Source: an uncultured Candidatus Binatia bacterium
GTDB lineage: Bacteria > Desulfobacterota > Binatia > UBA9968 > JAJDTQ01
Assembly (NCBI GenBank): GCA_964291295.2
Contig: OZ219754.1
Coordinates: 480,001-544,000, forward strand
Reading direction: 5' to 3'
Length of the DNA: 64,000 bases
Shown: piece after piece, positions 20,501-29,518 of the stretch
How the letters are laid out: each line of letters begins with the position of its first letter
How positions within the stretch are numbered: position 1 is the first letter of the stretch
The notes under the pieces: generated by a model
Seen by the model: the letters and a program-made list of their open reading frames with translations, nothing else
Databases searched by the model: none
What the model was told of the DNA's origin: nothing
Position numbers and translations under genes: made by a program

Positions 20501-22138
20501 CGTGTCGTCGCCGTCATCGCCTTCGAGCGTATCGTCGCCGTCGCCGCCGTCGAGCGTATCGTCGCCGTCGCCGCCATAGATCGTGTCGTCGCCGTGCCCT
20601 GCGCCCCCGTCCTGGCCGTCGCCATGAATCCAGTCGTCGCCGCCGCCGCCATGGATCTCATCGTCGCCGCCGTAGCCATGGATCTCATCGTCGCCGCCGT
20701 AGCCCCAGATATAGTCGTCGCCGGCGCCGCCCGTCAGCGTGTCATCGCCAGCGCCACCGAAAAGGAAATCCCTGTCGTCGCCGCCCGTCAGCGTGTCGTC
20801 GCCGGCGCCGCCGTTGAGGGTGTCGCCCGGATTGTTCGTGGTCTCGACAGTGCCGGGCGGGTCGCCTGCGCTGGCACCGTAAGCGACTTTTTCGCTGCCG
20901 GCGACGGCAGGCAGGATGAAGTCGTCCTCGCCCAAGGAGTCCGCCGACACCCCCGACAGGGTTATCGTATCGTCGCCGTCCCCATAACCGATGACGGTAT
21001 CGTCCCCGTCCTGATCGATACGGAGCGCCGCGAACCCGCCCACCACGCCATCAAGGCGAATCCTGTCGCCCGCCCCGAAATCGGTGATGGTGTCGGCGCC
21101 GTCCCCCACCTCGAACACGAAGGTGTCGGCGCCGCGACCGCCCGTCAGCGTATCGTCGCCGTCGCCCCCGCTCAGCGTATCCGCGCCATTGCCGCCCCTC
21201 AGCGTGTCGGCGCCGCGACCGCCCGTCAGCGTGTCCTTGCCCTTGTGGCCTTTCAGGACGTCGTCGCCGTCGCCCCCGCTCAGCGTGTCCGCGCCATTGC
21301 CGCCCCTCAGCGTGTCGGCACCGCGGCCACCGGCCAGCGTGTCGTTGCCCTCGCGGCCTTTCAGGACGTCGTCGCCGTCGCCCCCGGCCAACGTGTCTGC
21401 GCCATTGCCGCCCGTGAGCACCTTCCCGCCGGCGGACTCGCCGCTCAAGGCGTCGCCGTTGCCTTCCGGCGGAGCACTCTGCGGAGCGGCACCCTGCGGA
21501 GCGGCACCCTGCGGAGCGATGTCCTCCTCACCGCCCTCATGCGAGGCAGTCTCAACCGGAAGGAAGTGGAAGTCCTCCTTGCCGAGCGAGGCCGCCGACA
21601 CCCCCGACAGGGTTATCGTATCATCACCGTCCCCATAACCGATGACGGTATCGTCCCCGTCCTGACGGATATCCAGCCCCTCGAAGCCCCCCGACACCCC
21701 CTCCAGACGAATCCGGTCGCCGGCCCCGAAATCCGCAATCCTGTCGCTGCCGTCTCCCGACCGAAACACGAAGGTATCCGAACCCGCCCCGCCATACAGC
21801 GTGTCATCCCCCGAACCGCCCGTCAGCGTGTCGTCGCCCGAACCGCCATTCAGCGTGTCGTTGCCAGCCCCGCCCTCCAGCACGTCATGGCCCTCTTCGC
21901 CCCAAAGCCAATCGTTGCCGGCCCCGCCCTCTATGAGCGTGTCATCATCACCGCCGCCATACAGCCAGTCGACTCCCTCGCCCCCCGACAGCCTGTCCCC
22001 GCCGTCGCCCCCGTAGAGAATGTCGTCGCCCTTGCCGCCGTCCAGCGTATCGTCGCCACCGCCGCCATCCAGTGTATCGCCGCCCGTACCGCCCTGCAGT
22101 TCATCATTGCCATCGTCGCCGGTTCGCTCAATACCCAT
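17573..22138 (-). CDS. Large RTX/hemolysin-type Ca-binding repeat protein with no recognisable catalytic domain
   Basis: Dozens of GGxGxDxLx nonapeptides separated by about 7 DTFVF...DGxDTITDFGAGDRI...DTITLSGVS...DF modules. GGAGG SD precedes ATG 22138. Confidence 0.92.
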   Translation of the reverse strand: MGIERTGDDGNDELQGGTGGDTLDGGGGDDTLDGGKGDDILYGGDGGDRLSGGEGVDWLYGGGDDDTLIEGGAGNDWLWGEEGHDVLEGGAGNDTLNGGSGDDTLTGGSGDDTLYGGAGSDTFVFRSGDGSDRIADFGAGDRIRLEGVSGGFEGLDIRQDGDDTVIGYGDGDDTITLSGVSAASLGKEDFHFLPVETASHEGGEEDIAPQGAAPQGAAPQSAPPEGNGDALSGESAGGKVLTGGNGADTLAGGDGDDVLKGREGNDTLAGGRGADTLRGGNGADTLSGGDGDDVLKGHKGKDTLTGGRGADTLRGGNGADTLSGGDGDDTLTGGRGADTFVFEVGDGADTITDFGAGDRIRLDGVVGGFAALRIDQDGDDTVIGYGDGDDTITLSGVSADSLGEDDFILPAVAGSEKVAYGASAGDPPGTVETTNNPGDTLNGGAGDDTLTGGDDRDFLFGGAGDDTLTGGAGDDYIWGYGGDDEIHGYGGDDEIHGGGGDDWIHGDGQDGGAGHGDDTIYGGDGDDTLDGGDGDDTLEGDDGDDTIYGGDGNDSIGGGGGDDTLDGGDGDDRLWGHVGDDTLTGGKGDDTFNFRAGGGHDTITDFGEGDTIRITGNVQSLVASLRIEQVGGDAVIHYGDGDTITLSGVSADFLVFDENITVSGRSAPPWITPSGDEVDENAPGITREGGKGRDWLLGGDGGDTLVGGEGDDTLQGGRGDDTLTGDAGNDRLDGGFGDDTLVGGEGDDRLRGGRGDDTLTGDAGADTFVFTIVDGADTITDFKSGDRIEIAGVSGGFAGLVIKQDGADAVIRYGDRGDTIRLTGVSADSLGADDFILSSDVPPGVNIHDGDDTLDGGDGEDLLNGGEGDDELNGGGGDDDLRGGRGDDTLNGGDGDDELSGGDGEDTLNGGDGDDELSGGDGEDTLNGGDGDDELSGGDGEDTLDGGDGDDELSGGDGEDTLDGGDGRDNLYGDEGDDTLNGGDGEDSLSGGDGEDTLDGGDGRDNLYGDEGDDTLNGGDGEDSLSGGDGEDTLDGGDGRDDLYGGEGDDTLNGGDGDDDLYGGEGDDTLNGGDNDGSWYERLYGGEGDDTLNGGVGDDHLYGEDGDDTLNGGDDDDTLNGGTGNDTLEGGQGNDIFRFQARDGTDTITDFGAGDKIRFDGVSGASAALVIEQDGTDAVIRYGDGDTIRLSGVSADSLGDDDFLFYSDELNGGDGDDTLNGGFGNDMISGKGGDDTINGGAGDDRLYGGFGDDTLTGGDGDDGLNGGFGDDTLDGGAGGDLLNGDDGDDTLTGGRGVDTFRFSSRGDGHDTITDFGAGDRIEFIGNGGNGLPFGTIEFAALVIEQDGADAVIRYGDGDTITLSGVSAHTLDENDFIFQPNSFRGNSFMGDQGDDTFNGTGADDWFYSYGGDDTLNGGAGNDALEGGQGDDTLEGGRGDDTLLGGRGADRFVFDNESETDHIRDFEDGQDIIVIKGGLKFSDLDIKQSGEDTVIGDPDNTFSIVVEGIQVSQLTEADFDFLG
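18925..19500. repeat. Near-identical tandem 54-bp and 108-bp repeats within the RTX gene
   Basis: About 4 copies encoding DDELSGGDGEDTL(N/D)GGDG and 2-3 copies encoding RDNLYGDEGDDTLNGGDGEDSLSGGDGEDTLDGGDG. Confidence 0.85.
21469..21518. repeat. 15-bp tandem repeat encoding (APQGA)n linker
   Basis: GCGGAGCGGCACCCT twice plus partial copies. Confidence 0.8.
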
Positions 22139-22196
22139 CGTAATCCCTCCTATCCAAACGTCCTCCCACCCAAACCACCCAACCACGATCTCACGG

Positions 22197-22228
22197 AGTA
22201 TACCCCCCCCCCCCCCCCGTCAAGTCAA
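22197..22228 (-). promoter_or_regulatory. Sigma70-like promoter of the RTX gene with poly-G spacer
   Basis: Minus strand reads TTGACTTGAC-G16-TATACT: -10 at 22202-22197 and two overlapping -35 candidates (TTGACG, TTGACT). Confidence 0.8.
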
Positions 22229-22402
22229 GGTCTTTTTCAATGCAAAGTGAGCCTGATGCAGGGGTGTCGGGGATCATCAGAAGATGATCGTCACACTTCG
22301 AACGGAGGGCCCAAGGACCGTCAGACACGTTCGCGGCCTTCGTCGAAGCGAGCGGGCAGACTCTCATCCGACCGACCCGGAACTTGCCAATTCGTGATGC
22401 GG

Positions 22403-22586
22403 ACCCTGGTGCGCCTCGGCATACGGCATCATCGACGACAGCACCGCCAGCGCCCGGTTCGCCGTCCACGCCCGCGCCGGGTGCCGCGCGTCCTCGACCG
22501 TCAGCGCATCAAGTCGTCCGCCGGACGACCGAGCCGTTGCAGCGCCGGTGCATGATCCACGTGCGCCGCCCGTTCGCGCGCACCCG
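22403..22586 (-). pseudogene. Heavily deleted tyrosine-integrase remnant
   Basis: RVRANGRRTWIMHRRCNGSVVRRT / LDALTVEDAR...TANRALAVLSSMMPYAE, resembling the arm-binding and core-binding segments of the integrases at 31024-33243. Confidence 0.7.
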
Positions 22587-22636
22587 CCGTCCGAGCTCCG
22601 GAGCAGGCCGGATCGGGGATCGCTGCCGCAAACTCT

Positions 22637-24514
22637 TCAGGAACGGTGGGCCTCCATGGCCGCGTCGTTGACGAGTTCCTCGGGCAGGTCGTCGAAGGAA
22701 GTGTGATTGAGCGCGTAGAGCCGGGCGTAGAGCCCCTTTCGGGCGGTCAGTTCCTGATGGGTGCCGGTCTCGACGATGCGGCCGTCCTGCAGCACCATGA
22801 TGCGGTCGACGTCGCGAACCGTTGCCAGACGATGGGCGATGACAATGCCGGTGCGGCCTTCAAGGAGCGCGTTGAGACCGATCTGGATCTGCCGCTCGGT
22901 ATACGAATCGATGTTGGCCGTGGCCTCGTCCAGGACCAGCAGCCTGGCATCGGCCACCAGCGCCCGGGCGAAGCTCAGCAACTGGCGCTGTCCCAGGGAC
23001 AGGTTCCCGCCTCCCTGATGCAGGACGGTGTCGTAACCGTCCGGCCAGCGCATGATGAATTCGTGGGCGCCGACGATCCTCGCCGCCCGCTCGACGGCCA
23101 GGTCGCTGGCCCCCGCCGTGCGGAACCGGATGTTGTCGCGAATCGTGCCGGTGAACAGGAACGGCTCCTGCAGCACCATCGCGATGTGCCGGCCCAGGGC
23201 CGCGCGCGTGTAGTCCCGCACGTCGCATCCGTCCAGCAGCACCGCGCCCTCCCACACGTCATGGAAACGGTGCAGCAACGCCGTCGTGCTGGTCTTGCCG
23301 GAGCCGGTGGGCCCCACGAGCGCCACCGTCTCTCCGGGCTCGATGGTGAAGTTGATATCCTTGAGCACCGGCTGGTGCTTCTCGTAACCGAAGGTGACGC
23401 CGCGGAACTCGACCCGGCCGGCAATGTCCTCCGGTGAAATGGCATCGGGCTTTTCCCGTACCGCCAGCGGCACGTCCAGCACCTCGAAGATGCGCTGGCC
23501 GGAGGCCATGGCGCGCTGCATGACGCTGTACTGAATGGTGAGGGACCGGATGGGGTCGAAGAACCGCTGCACGTAGAGCAGAAAGGCCGCCATCACGCCG
23601 AGGTCCAGGGAGCCGTCGAGCACCAGGGCGCCGCCCACCACGATCACCACCGCCAGGGCCACTCCGGTCAGCGTATCGACCATGGGCACCAGGACCTGCG
23701 CATACCGGGCCGACCGCAGATGGGCTTCAAGGTTCTCCGCCGCTTTCTCGCCGTAGAGATCGAAGTTCACCGCCTCCCGCCGCATGCCCTGCACGGTGCG
23801 GACGGCGTGAACGCCTTCGGCCAGAGCGCCGTTGGCGATGGAGTTGGTCTCCCGGGCGCGGCGAAAGGCGGCCCGCGCCCGGGGCAGCCACACCATGCGG
23901 ACGAACCACAGGACCGGCACCACCGACAGCGTCAGCAAGCCGAGTTCGAAGTCCAGCCACAGCAGGATGGCGACGATGCCGAACAGCAGCAGCAGGTCGC
24001 CCAAGGCCGTGATGGAGTTTTCCAGAAACTCCTGGAGCGAATAGACGTCGCCCTGAAGCCGGGACATCATGCGTCCGACTTCGGTCTTGTCCATGAAGGC
24101 CAGGGCCACGTATTGCAGGTGCGCGAACATGGCGCGGCGCAGATCGAAGATGACCTGCTCGCCGATGCGGCCCACCAGCCAGTCCTGGGTGAAGCTGGCC
24201 GCGTAGTTCAGCAGGATCACCGCGAAGAAGACCGCGGCGGCAAGGCCGAGCAGGCCGGTGTCACCCGGAACGATGGCGTCGTCGATGGCGTGGCGGACCA
24301 CCAGGGGAATGGCCAACTGGGCGCCGGTGAAGAGCAGCAGGGCGGCGATGGCGGCATGGAGACGCCGCCGGTAGGGATGGACATAGGCCAGGAAACGGCG
24401 AACGACGCGCCGGTCGAAGGCGGCACCGAACATTTCCTCGTCGCGGCTGATCTGCGAGCCCACGACGGCTTTCGGCGGACGCTTCCGACCACCCCCGGTC
24501 CGGGCCGGGGTCAT
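22637..24514 (-). CDS. ABC exporter, fused TMD-NBD subunit
   Basis: TM helices; GPTGSGKT, LSLGQRQ, LVLDEAT, IAHRL. Confidence 0.92.
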   Translation of the reverse strand: MTPARTGGGRKRPPKAVVGSQISRDEEMFGAAFDRRVVRRFLAYVHPYRRRLHAAIAALLLFTGAQLAIPLVVRHAIDDAIVPGDTGLLGLAAAVFFAVILLNYAASFTQDWLVGRIGEQVIFDLRRAMFAHLQYVALAFMDKTEVGRMMSRLQGDVYSLQEFLENSITALGDLLLLFGIVAILLWLDFELGLLTLSVVPVLWFVRMVWLPRARAAFRRARETNSIANGALAEGVHAVRTVQGMRREAVNFDLYGEKAAENLEAHLRSARYAQVLVPMVDTLTGVALAVVIVVGGALVLDGSLDLGVMAAFLLYVQRFFDPIRSLTIQYSVMQRAMASGQRIFEVLDVPLAVREKPDAISPEDIAGRVEFRGVTFGYEKHQPVLKDINFTIEPGETVALVGPTGSGKTSTTALLHRFHDVWEGAVLLDGCDVRDYTRAALGRHIAMVLQEPFLFTGTIRDNIRFRTAGASDLAVERAARIVGAHEFIMRWPDGYDTVLHQGGGNLSLGQRQLLSFARALVADARLLVLDEATANIDSYTERQIQIGLNALLEGRTGIVIAHRLATVRDVDRIMVLQDGRIVETGTHQELTARKGLYARLYALNHTSFDDLPEELVNDAAMEAHRS

Positions 24515-26454
24515 GCCCGGGTTCCCTCCCCGGCTCCGGCGTCGGCGGCACGGTCGACAATGTCCTGAAGCGGGCCGTCAAGGGTCTGGAGCGCGAACAG
24601 CGCGGCGTATCGCCCGCCCAGCGCCACCAGTTCGTCGTGGGTGCCGCGTTCCATGACGCATCCGTCCTCCAGGAAGAGGATCTCGTCGGCGTGGCGCAAC
24701 GCCCCGAGGCGATGGGAAACGATGACGGTAGCGCAACTCCCGGCATCTTCCCTGAGGGCTTGGCGAATGCGCTGTTCGGTGCCCGCGTCGATGGCCGCCA
24801 TCGAATCGTCCAGCACCAGCACGGCCGGCCGCAACATCACGGTGCGGGCGATGGCCACTCGCTGCCTTTGCCCGCCGGACAGCGACACCCCGCGTTCCCC
24901 CACCAGGGTTTCGTACCGGTCCGGCAACTGGTCGATGAATCCGTCGATCCGGGCGGTGGCGGCGGAGTCCCGGACGGCGCCGTCATCGACCCATGGATCG
25001 CCGTAGGCGATATTGTTCTCGAGCGACGACGTGAACAGGAATGTATCCTGCTGGACCACGCGCACGGTCCGGCGCAGGGAATCGAGAGTCACGTCGCGAA
25101 TGTCCTGGCCGTCCAGCGTGATGCGTCCTCGGGTCACGTCGTAGTAGCGCGGGATCAGATGGGCGACGGTGGACTTGCCGCTGCCGGGAGGACCGACGAT
25201 CCCCAGGGTCCGGCCCCGTTCCACACGGAACGAGACCCCGCGCAGCACCGGCCGCGCCCCTTCCCCGGCATAGGCGAAGGAGACGTCCTCGAATTCCAGG
25301 ACGCCGGCGGCGACCTCCAGGGGTCTTGCGCCGTCGCGGTCGCATATGGGCGGCTCCAGGTCCAGCACCGCGAACAGCCGCGCACCGCAGGTGGACGCCC
25401 GGGCGAACGCATTCACCACCATGCCGAGCTGGCGCACGGGCTGCTGGAGGATGGTCATGAAGAAGAGGAACTCGGTCAGCGTGCCCACGGTCATGTGGCC
25501 ATGGATCACGCGCAAACCGCCGGCCCACAGCACCAGGCCCATGGCCGCGAAAAACGCGAAGTTCATGGAGGTGGCGGCGGAAACGCGGGTGCGGATGCGC
25601 CGGGCGGCCAGCGCCAGCGCGTGGTCCGAGGCGGCCTGGTACTTGTCCAGTTCGTGGTTCTCGGCGCCGAACGCCCGCACCACCCGAATGCCGCTGAGGT
25701 TCTCGTCCATGATCCGGCCCAGCACGGCCATGCGCTCCTGCAGGACGACCCACATCTCCCGCAGCCGCAGCCTGGCGGTGGTGGAACGCCACGCGACGAA
25801 CGGCACGAAGCTGAGGCTCAGGATCCCGAGGAACATGTCCGTGGACAGCAGCAGCCAGGCCCCCGCCCCGATCAGCACGGAGAACAGCAGCACCCGCAGC
25901 GGTCCCATGTTCATGAAAGAGCGCACCCCCTCCAGGTCCAGCATCCCCCGGGTGATGAGTTCACCGGTGTGGACACGGTCGTGAAAGGAGAAGTTCAGAT
26001 GCTGCAGCTTGTCGTAGAAGGCCAGCCGGAGCTGGTAGGCGAGATGATGCCCGAGCGTTTCGCCGCAGTAGTTGTGGGTCAGGGTGAACAGGCCGCGCAG
26101 GGCCGAGGCGCCCAGCAGCAGCAACGCGGTTCCGTAGAGGGCCTCCCGCGCCGCCTCGGCGGAAATCGACGTACTGCCCAGCAACCGGACCGCGCCGTCC
26201 ACGGCGTCCCCGAGGTACTGGGGGATCAGCAGCTGAAAGGACCCCGCCGCCAGAATCGCCGCCGCCGCCAGCACCAGCCGCAGCCGCTGTCTCGCGGCGA
26301 GCTTGAAGATTCGCCGCAGGACCGCCGCGTCGTCACCGGCGCCGCGGTCCTTGTCCATGCCGGAATACGTACGCGCGTATACGTACTTTCTGAGGTCGGA
26401 GTCCGATCCGTTGCCGGAAGCCGCGGCATTGGCCGGAATTCGGGATGTTGCCAT
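24511..26454 (-). CDS. ABC exporter, fused TMD-NBD subunit (degenerate-site partner of a heterodimer)
   Basis: GPPGSGKS, LSGGQRQ, LVLDDS (Asp in place of the catalytic Glu); ATGA overlap with its partner. Start uncertain. Confidence 0.9.
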   Translation of the reverse strand: MATSRIPANAAASGNGSDSDLRKYVYARTYSGMDKDRGAGDDAAVLRRIFKLAARQRLRLVLAAAAILAAGSFQLLIPQYLGDAVDGAVRLLGSTSISAEAAREALYGTALLLLGASALRGLFTLTHNYCGETLGHHLAYQLRLAFYDKLQHLNFSFHDRVHTGELITRGMLDLEGVRSFMNMGPLRVLLFSVLIGAGAWLLLSTDMFLGILSLSFVPFVAWRSTTARLRLREMWVVLQERMAVLGRIMDENLSGIRVVRAFGAENHELDKYQAASDHALALAARRIRTRVSAATSMNFAFFAAMGLVLWAGGLRVIHGHMTVGTLTEFLFFMTILQQPVRQLGMVVNAFARASTCGARLFAVLDLEPPICDRDGARPLEVAAGVLEFEDVSFAYAGEGARPVLRGVSFRVERGRTLGIVGPPGSGKSTVAHLIPRYYDVTRGRITLDGQDIRDVTLDSLRRTVRVVQQDTFLFTSSLENNIAYGDPWVDDGAVRDSAATARIDGFIDQLPDRYETLVGERGVSLSGGQRQRVAIARTVMLRPAVLVLDDSMAAIDAGTEQRIRQALREDAGSCATVIVSHRLGALRHADEILFLEDGCVMERGTHDELVALGGRYAALFALQTLDGPLQDIVDRAADAGAGEGTRA

Positions 26455-26734
26455 GAGTCCAGGGTTCGGGAAGCGGGCTGCCAGCGGGCCGCATCGGAGT
26501 TTCGACGCAGGGCGTCCGATCAACGCACAAGATAGTTGCCGGGCGCCCTCGGGTCAAATCTCCCGCCGCGCTCATGACCGGGGCCGGCGGCCGGGTCGTC
26601 CTGGCGGCGCCTCCGTGCGACCGGACCCGGCACATGGACAACGAAAGCGGCTCCCCGACGGACCGCTGCGCCTGCCCGCGTCGTCCGCCGCCGAAGCGTG
26701 CGCACGGAGGGGCATGACCGGGGCCGGCGGCCGG

Positions 26735-27550
26735 CTACCCGTACCGGTCCGCCACCATCATCAGCAGCGCCAGAACCATCGCCCCGATGACCACGGTCCG
26801 GAGCCGCCCGGGGCTCATCCGTCCGCACAGCGCCGCGCCGCGGTGCACCCCGGCCAGGGAGCCTGCGGACATGAAGACGGCGGCCGTGAGATCGACGTCG
26901 GTGACGCCCTGACCCCGGCCGATGAAGGCGTAGAGCAACGACATCACCGTCATCAGCAGCAGCGCGATGAAGATGGAGGTGCCGACGTAGCGGGAGGTCT
27001 CCCGGTAGAAGAGCAGCAGCGACGGGATGATCAGGATGCCCCCGCCGATGGAAGTCATCCCCATGACGGCGCCCACCAGAAAGAGGCAGGGAAATTTCAC
27101 CACGGCACGCCTTCCGGAAGAGAGGACCCCTCCCTCCAGGCGATCGTGGCCGCACAGCATCGCCGCCAGAGCGAGGCCGATGGACGCCATCACCACCCAG
27201 CCCACCACGTCCTGAAGCATCGCGACGCCTGCGGGGGAGAGGGAAATCCGGCTCCACTTCACCGCCAGGGAGCCGACAATGACTCCGGGCGCCGCCGCCA
27301 GAAAGAAACGGACGCCGACGTCGCGGTTGACGGTGCCCTGTCGGTAATGCCGCACGGCCGCCCATATCTTGGTGAGCACGCCGTAGAGGCCGGCGGTCCC
27401 CACCGCCGCGATGGGCTCAAGCTTGATCACGAGCAGGAGGAACGGCACCGTCAGCACGCCGCCGCCGATGCCGGTAAGGCCGATGAGAAAACCCAGCAGC
27501 GCACCGGACAGGAGATAGAGGAGAATGTCGGGCGGGATGATGTCGGGCAT
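26735..27550 (-). CDS. TauE/SafE (TSUP) family membrane transporter
   Basis: GLTGIGGG and GMTSIGGG repeated halves, AAVGTA. Confidence 0.88.
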   Translation of the reverse strand: MPDIIPPDILLYLLSGALLGFLIGLTGIGGGVLTVPFLLLVIKLEPIAAVGTAGLYGVLTKIWAAVRHYRQGTVNRDVGVRFFLAAAPGVIVGSLAVKWSRISLSPAGVAMLQDVVGWVVMASIGLALAAMLCGHDRLEGGVLSSGRRAVVKFPCLFLVGAVMGMTSIGGGILIIPSLLLFYRETSRYVGTSIFIALLLMTVMSLLYAFIGRGQGVTDVDLTAAVFMSAGSLAGVHRGAALCGRMSPGRLRTVVIGAMVLALLMMVADRYG

Positions 27551-27998
27551 GGTGGTTCCTGCGGACCGCCTCGGCGGAACCTGCCGGCAAAAATTCGGAA
27601 CCTGCGCGCAGGAACCGGGAACCTGCTGGCAAGCGTTGCAGGAGCTGTCTCGGGGGGACCGGGAACGGGGGCGAAGGCCGTATTGCCGTCTTATGGCATT
27701 CCTGGCCGGCGCTGTCCAGCACGCGCGCGCCGCGGATGCGTGGGGATGTGACGGTAAAACTCCGAACGGAGTCGAGATTGGGCGAAGTTGCCCCGCACAG
27801 CGCCACCGCCTGAAACGCCGACGTCACAAGGGATGGGAGCCGCCGCGGCGATTGACAGACGGCAGCCTGCGGAGAGCGGGGTCCGTCACCCCGGTTCACA
27901 CGATATTTCACATATGGAACCTATCGGGCAGCTTTCAAGGGGTTTCGCTTCACACTATACCTCACATATAAGGGGCAGAAGGCAAGGAGATCCATGAC

Positions 27999-28817
27999 AT
28001 GAACGCACTGCGACCCTTGAGCCCCACGCCAACGCCAGAGGTGCCTCTGCCACAGGCGCCCTTGGTGCGCGTCATCGCTCAGGCGCGCTTCCCGCCAATC
28101 CTGACGATCCGCAACCCTGACAAGGCCGCGGTATTCCAAGAGGCGCTCCGAGACACATATCCGAATCTCAGTCAGGACCAGGTTCACAGCATCGAGCTGG
28201 GCGGCGGACAAACCCCGAATATCAGCCAGGGTCTCATCTGGCGTCTCGCCGATCGGGAAAGAAACCCTGACTGGCGGGTGTCGCTGGGCGTGGACTTCGC
28301 GGCGCTCGAAACGTCCTCCTACGACAGCCGGGACAATTTTCTCGACCGTCTGCGGGCGGTCCTCTCGGCACTTGAGGATGGGTTCAAGCCCGCGTCGACC
28401 AGCCGCCTTGGATTACGTTATATCGACCGGCTTACCGGCGAGGCCGTTGACCGCATCGCAGAGCTGGTCGACCCCGACGTTCTGGGCATAATCCGGCCTC
28501 CGGGAAATCCGCACCCCGCGCTGGGAGAATCCGTCATCCACTTGATGACCGAGGCGCAATTCCTGGCCCACGATGGTGCGCGGGTCCAAGGGCGTTGGGG
28601 GCAGCTGCCCCCAAACGCGACCTATGACCCGGACGCCCTCGAACCGGTTGGCGATAGAAGCTGGATCCTGGATCTCGATATGTTTACGACGGAATCGCAA
28701 CCGTTTATGAGCGAAAAATTGCTGACAACCGCGACAGGCTTTGCCAAATGTCTGTATTGGCTCTTTCGCCAAATGGTCACGGAAGAGTTCTTGAGGTACT
28801 ATGGAGGTAACCCATGA
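27999..28817 (+). CDS. TIGR04255-family protein
   Basis: LPQAPLVRVIAQARFP, RLGLRYIDR, SWILDLDMF, FRQMVTEEF; AAGGAG SD. Confidence 0.82.
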   Translation: MNALRPLSPTPTPEVPLPQAPLVRVIAQARFPPILTIRNPDKAAVFQEALRDTYPNLSQDQVHSIELGGGQTPNISQGLIWRLADRERNPDWRVSLGVDFAALETSSYDSRDNFLDRLRAVLSALEDGFKPASTSRLGLRYIDRLTGEAVDRIAELVDPDVLGIIRPPGNPHPALGESVIHLMTEAQFLAHDGARVQGRWGQLPPNATYDPDALEPVGDRSWILDLDMFTTESQPFMSEKLLTTATGFAKCLYWLFRQMVTEEFLRYYGGNP

Positions 28818-29512
28818 CCGTGACCGCGCTGCGCGATACACGGGAGGCAAGCACTTCCGCGGTGGGCTCCCTATATCGCGTTGCCTTGGAGGCCGCTCCA
28901 GCGGTGTTGCTGCTGGCTACCGCCCTTCCAGGACCGGCAACAGCCAATACCTATGTCCAAGGTTCAAGGGCGATGTGGGCGACGATCGCACCTTGCGCCG
29001 AACGTACCGCCACCGGCCCGATTGGGCAGATCGGTCATATGAGTGCAGAGTCCGCAGCTGAGGCGATCATGGAAATCCGTCGCCGCTCCGGGCTGACGTG
29101 GGAGGAGTTGGGCGACTTGTTCGAGGTCTCGCGTCGAAGCGTCCATCATTGGGCAAGCGGCAAACCAGCCTCCGCGAAGCATGATCGAATGATTGGAAGA
29201 ATGCTGGGGGCGGTACGGCATCTCGATCGAGGCGACCGGGAGCTTACCCGTGCCCTTCTCTTGAGTGTCGACGAAAGCACGGGCGTTTCCATCTTCGACC
29301 TGTTGAGGGGCGGCCGGTTCCACGAAGCCATCGGGCGCGTCAAGGGCGTTCCGGCACGGGAACGTCGGAGTATCCTCCTCTCCAGCACTGCCTGGGAGGC
29401 GCGCTGGCCGCAGGCGCCGGTACTTCTTCTGGAGGCTGAACAGGATCGGCCCGACATTTCGGCAAAAGCTCGAGCCGTCCGCCCCAAGCAAACACCCAAG
29501 AGAACGGGCTAA
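28814..29512 (+). CDS. XRE/Cro-type HTH protein (antitoxin-like) with extended N-terminus
   Basis: IRRRSGLTWEELGDLFEVSRRSVHHWASG; ATGA overlap with the upstream gene. Confidence 0.8.
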   Translation: MTVTALRDTREASTSAVGSLYRVALEAAPAVLLLATALPGPATANTYVQGSRAMWATIAPCAERTATGPIGQIGHMSAESAAEAIMEIRRRSGLTWEELGDLFEVSRRSVHHWASGKPASAKHDRMIGRMLGAVRHLDRGDRELTRALLLSVDESTGVSIFDLLRGGRFHEAIGRVKGVPARERRSILLSSTAWEARWPQAPVLLLEAEQDRPDISAKARAVRPKQTPKRTG

Positions 29513-29518
29513 CGCTTC

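Noticed and set aside
18600-22020. Ser/Pro-rich plus-strand ORFs and regular repeats resembling a CRISPR array
   Set aside because: Reverse complement of RTX nonapeptide codons; no unique spacers and no cas genes.
22637-26454. ABC pair as the type I secretion system for the RTX protein
   Set aside because: Heterodimeric multidrug-type exporter with no HlyD/TolC, separated from the RTX gene by an integrase relic.
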